Made by a program: the position numbers and the translations under genes. Under the pieces are notes generated by a model. The model was not told the DNA's origin. It saw only the letters and a program-made list of their open reading frames with translations, and ran no database searches. From Takakia lepidozioides (Eukaryota > Plantae > Bryophyta), in the NCBI GenBank assembly GCA_030704615.1, contig CM060731.1, positions 16,740,001 to 16,804,000 on the forward strand: a stretch of 64,000 nt of DNA. The letters run 5' to 3'. Of the stretch, positions 60,801 through 64,000 are shown piece after piece (position 1 is the first letter of the stretch; every line of letters begins with the position of its first letter).

Positions 60801-63800
60801 CACATATCCGGAAAGTTGTTCAAACTGGCAAGGGCAAAGCTCTGGGGCTCACTAAATTAGGGTCAACTCTGAGGTTAAGAAAACCATGCTTTGTCGCGTT
60901 ATTAGACCTGCCTTGGAGTACGGATCTGCTATATGGGTTGATAACTCCAACCAGGCTAAGTCTCTAGAATCCATTCAAGTGGGGGTGCTTAAGGAGTGTA
61001 TGTCAGCATGCTCCAAAACAGCCAATGTGGCTGTTCGGGGTGAGTTTGGCATTCCGTCCTTAAGCTCCTGACGAGATGAATTCAAGGTCAGATGGTGGGG
61101 TCAGCTGCAACATATGCCCAACAACAGATATCCTAAGTTAAGCAACTCTATATCTTGGAAACAGGACCGCCCTGTCAAACAGGCTAAGTCCTGGCAGAAG
61201 AGATCCTCAAGGACCTGGAACTGGATCCGCAAGTCTTAACCCTGCTGGATAAATCTGACTTAGAGGCTGTAGTGTCCTCAGCCATGTCTGTTGCCATGAG
61301 ATTGTCTGATGAAAATGAAGTTAGGCAGAAAACTTCCCTGAACTTGTTTCCAGTCTGTGACATGGGGGAGGACATCTTGGATGACCTCAAGGGTCTACCC
61401 ACTCTCGGCACTAGACTGAAATTTAAACTCAGGGCAGGAAGCCTACCTTTGAACAGCAAACAGAAGCAGAGAGGAAAGGGAGAGTGCAATTGCCCGTTGT
61501 GTGGGCAATCTGAAGACAGTATTCATTTTCTGATACACTGTCCGGGGTTCTCTCACCAAAGAGACGCTCTCTTCAAATCTATTAAGGGAATTGTGCCTGT
61601 ACCCCTGTTTACCAACTTTGAAAGTCTCGAGGCTGAGCCAAAAGCCCAGGCCCTCCTGAGGCCTAGTTTTTGGGCAAATCACACACAGCAGATTGATGCT
61701 TGTGTGAAGGGATTTCTAGAGGATATCTGGAAAACCCGGATTAATTCTTTATATGGAGGTAAGTCTTACTACCAACATCAGCCCCTGACAGAGGTAGGTT
61801 CTGTCCCTATTGTTCCCGCTCAAACTGGGCGCGGGGTCAATGGCCACAAGGCTACGGCAAACAACGTCTTATGAGTACAATTATTGCCTTCATGATCTAT
61901 GATTTAACAGATTTGTAGATCATGTGCAGACTTAAGTTGCCAGTGCAGAGGGTTGTGTTGGGCACAGGCATGGTTGTCCTCACTAGAGTGTGCTGGATTT
62001 GATATGATTTTGACAGTTTCTGGTGGTCTGGTTTATAATTTGTAGGACAGAAGTCTGTCAACAGGGAAATTCTTTTTGGATCTCTTGGGAGCAGTGGAAC
62101 CAAGAGTGATCAACTGGTCTCTGGTTACCCAGGGTGAAACAGGTGAGCAGTTAACAATCAATCCTTGAGCATGTCAATGTGAGGTTAGGATTATTTGCAA
62201 ATGCAATTTCACTATACTTTGTGGAAGGATTAGTTGTCTGAGCTGACAATCCATTATCTGAGGTCTGCTGAGTGGATCAGCAGTAGGCTGGAGCAAGCCA
62301 AGTGCCATAAGATCTGGAAATGGGCTCAAAATGTGGCTACTCTTTTGTATCAGACCATGACTTCTTATAGGTGCAACTGTCTGATGCAGATGAGGATAAG
62401 AAGCAAAATGCTAATTACATCATCAGTGTGGCACGGAAGCTTGGGTGCTCTATTTTCCTCTTGTGGGATGACATTGTTGAGGTGGATTTCTCACTCTTTT
62501 TCTTCCTTCCTGTTGGTGACAAACATGGAAATCTTCTGATTTGCATTGAGAATTTATAATAGTAAGGCCAGTACTACAGCACCAAACTATAAGAATTGGC
62601 TAGGTCTTCTCTCCACAGGGATACTGCCTATGGACCAGCAGCTAGATAAAGAAAAAAGAGCTAGAGCCACTTGAAATTAGACTGCTAGATTAAATATTTT
62701 CGTGGGAAGTTCTCGGACAGATCAAACTGTACCCCAAGACCAGAGGGACCATTTGAAATCCGGGGGAGAGAACTGATATAACTACATATATTGTATACAG
62801 GTTCCATGTGCATGTTTTGAGGGGGTAGAGCAATTGAAGAGATCCCTTCTTAAATACCTGGAAAGAACCTGCAGGTCGGAAGGAAGCTTTCACTCTCTCT
62901 CCAATACTGAAGAAGTTTGGCCATAAGTGAATCAGATGCACAACCATCAGCATCCGGTCCGCAGATAGACAGAGAGGTGTTGTCCCTTTCTTCCGTTTGC
63001 AAAGGGCTTATCTTACACAAATGACTGACATTGGAAAGCTGTGTCTTATGCAAAGATTGAGCTGCAAAGGATCCTGGACTTGGAACACTAGCTCCTCTCG
63101 GTCATACAGAATTTGAGAAAAGAGCTGTGTTTGCTCTGAGCTGACATTGCTGTGAAAAGAGCTTGGGACATATCCTGGTCTTCAATGGTTGAGGGGGAAG
63201 ATGCTCAGAGATTTCACTTACCAAAGGCCTTCTAGCTGTGAATTCTAGCTGGTCTAGGTTCTATTCATCTTCAGCTATCCCTCTGGCCTTGGCATATGGA
63301 GCTCCTAAACCTATGTTCCTTGCCTGTTCCTGTCCTGACGTTTGCCAGGTCTCGGTCCATTATCTTTTGAGCTTGGTGGGCTTGGTGTTCTTTGCCCATC
63401 CCTGGCTGGGGGAATTACCTTGTTCCATTTCTCTCCTTAGGGTTGAGCTTGGCCTTCTGCTTGTGAGAAATCAGTATGCCGACACTCCGAAAAAAGAATG
63501 GTATGGGTGATGGAACATGGTGTTGACTCAGGGGTGGAGAAAGAACCTGAGGGGTCCTACAGCGATAGAGCCAGCCAGCCAGCCAGCCAGTTTCTGAAAA
63601 GATGCACGCTACCTGTGCAGGCCAAAGTTGTACACATGGTTATATGTGACTCCTTTGAAATTCCCTAGTCCGCATGTCAATATTTTCTGGGTATATTTAA
63701 CCTTGTTGTACAAGGATGGCAGACACCCGCTTCTTAGTTGTTATAGATTCACTATAAGATAGCCCCAATCCACTATTGCTACTATTTTAAACTAGATATC

Positions 63801-63980
63801 AGTGGTCTTGCAGGAGCTGACCCATGTAGTCTTTCTTGTGGCTCCCTTTTTCAACAGGTTCGGCCAAAGATGATATTGACTTTGACTGCAAGTGTCATGC
63901 TTTGGAGTCTGTCTAGTAAAGCAAATAGAGCTGTGGAGGATGCTGCTGCATTAGAACATGGAGCCGAGTCGTTAACGTAA
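48840..63980 (+). CDS. FIM: Fimbrin (plastin): headpiece plus four calponin-homology domains, complete
   Basis: 14 exons: 48840-48926 ([29 protein letters not shown]), 49308-49478, 50532-50773, 51293-51464, 51723-51761, 52505-52573, 52770-52886, 53324-53535, 54746-54901, 55319-55518, 56088-56239, 62046-62142, 62390-62481, 63858-63980. Motifs [59 protein letters not shown]. Confidence 0.96.
51995..52090 (+). mobile_element. Old 3' fragment of the RTE/RTEX-like LINE (fimbrin intron); an even older one lies at ~52411-52495
   Basis: gagccct..ccctcttgttctgcccaaactaggcacgtggtctatggcca..ggcaaacaatgtca matches 43232-43325 and 61780-61870. Confidence 0.7.
55745..56032. repeat. Intronic tandem duplication, ~143 bp x2
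   Basis: gtctacttgcacag.ctattgaaggct...acacacctaaacttaaggatgtacttttataac.ctgattgaggagtgtgaa starts at 55745 and 55888. Confidence 0.92.
57499..57921 (+). repeat. 141-bp (47-aa) in-frame tandem repeat x3 in the LINE N-terminal region
   Basis: [47 protein letters not shown] occurs three times; gtcccc anchors at 57631, 57772 and 57913. Confidence 0.95.
59209..59530. repeat. GC-rich ~96-bp satellite-like array (3.3 units) inserted into the LINE ORF
   Basis: Units start at about 59209, 59305, 59402 and 59497 (cca.gtgtcggcc...cgact.cat...cc.ggatggaaatt.gg.gccg....tcc.tccgggg). LINE coding resumes at [10 protein letters not shown]. Confidence 0.9.
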
Positions 63981-64000
63981 GGTTTTATTCCTTTTAGTAA

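Larger units (their letters stand above)
56721..61878 (+). mobile_element. Near full-length non-LTR retrotransposon (RTE/RTEX-like: APE endonuclease, RT, C-terminal CCHC), disabled, in fimbrin intron 11
   Basis: Perfect 16-bp TSD aattattgccttcatg at 56705-56720 and 61879-61894. APE motifs ([32 protein letters not shown]); RT motifs ([49 protein letters not shown]); CPLCx7Hx4C. Several frameshifts and stops (e.g. 59970-59972, 61069-61071). Clade call rests on motif style only. Confidence 0.95.

Overview
Eukaryotic nuclear DNA from a land plant. Gene content and divergence suggest a non-seed (bryophyte-grade) plant, but the species cannot be fixed from sequence alone. The window holds seven host genes, all spliced except the UBA gene, whose coding region is intronless: the 5' part of a myosin XI (-), a PDIL1-5/1-6-type protein disulfide isomerase with a long acidic repeat tail (+), a UBA-domain gene interrupted by an in-frame TGA (-), an RRM-less Ser/Arg-rich protein (+), an IAA33-type non-canonical Aux/IAA with a ~650-700 aa N-terminal extension containing EAR-like motifs (+), an ALKBH10-type AlkB dioxygenase (-) and a complete fimbrin (+). 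An accessory block at ~16.7-24.5 kb contains a tRNA-derived SINE, an L1 relic, telomere-motif-containing repeats, a spliced but decayed Crinkler/RHS-type (header + P-loop NTPase) gene that the ORF track does not reveal, and a decayed Mutator-like transposase. A 5.16-kb RTE/RTEX-like LINE with a perfect 16-bp target-site duplication lies in fimbrin intron 11. At least seven 5'-truncated copies of its 3' end lie in other introns, including an apparently age-ordered stack of three at one (TC)n microsatellite. All homology calls come from recalled family motifs; no database search was run.
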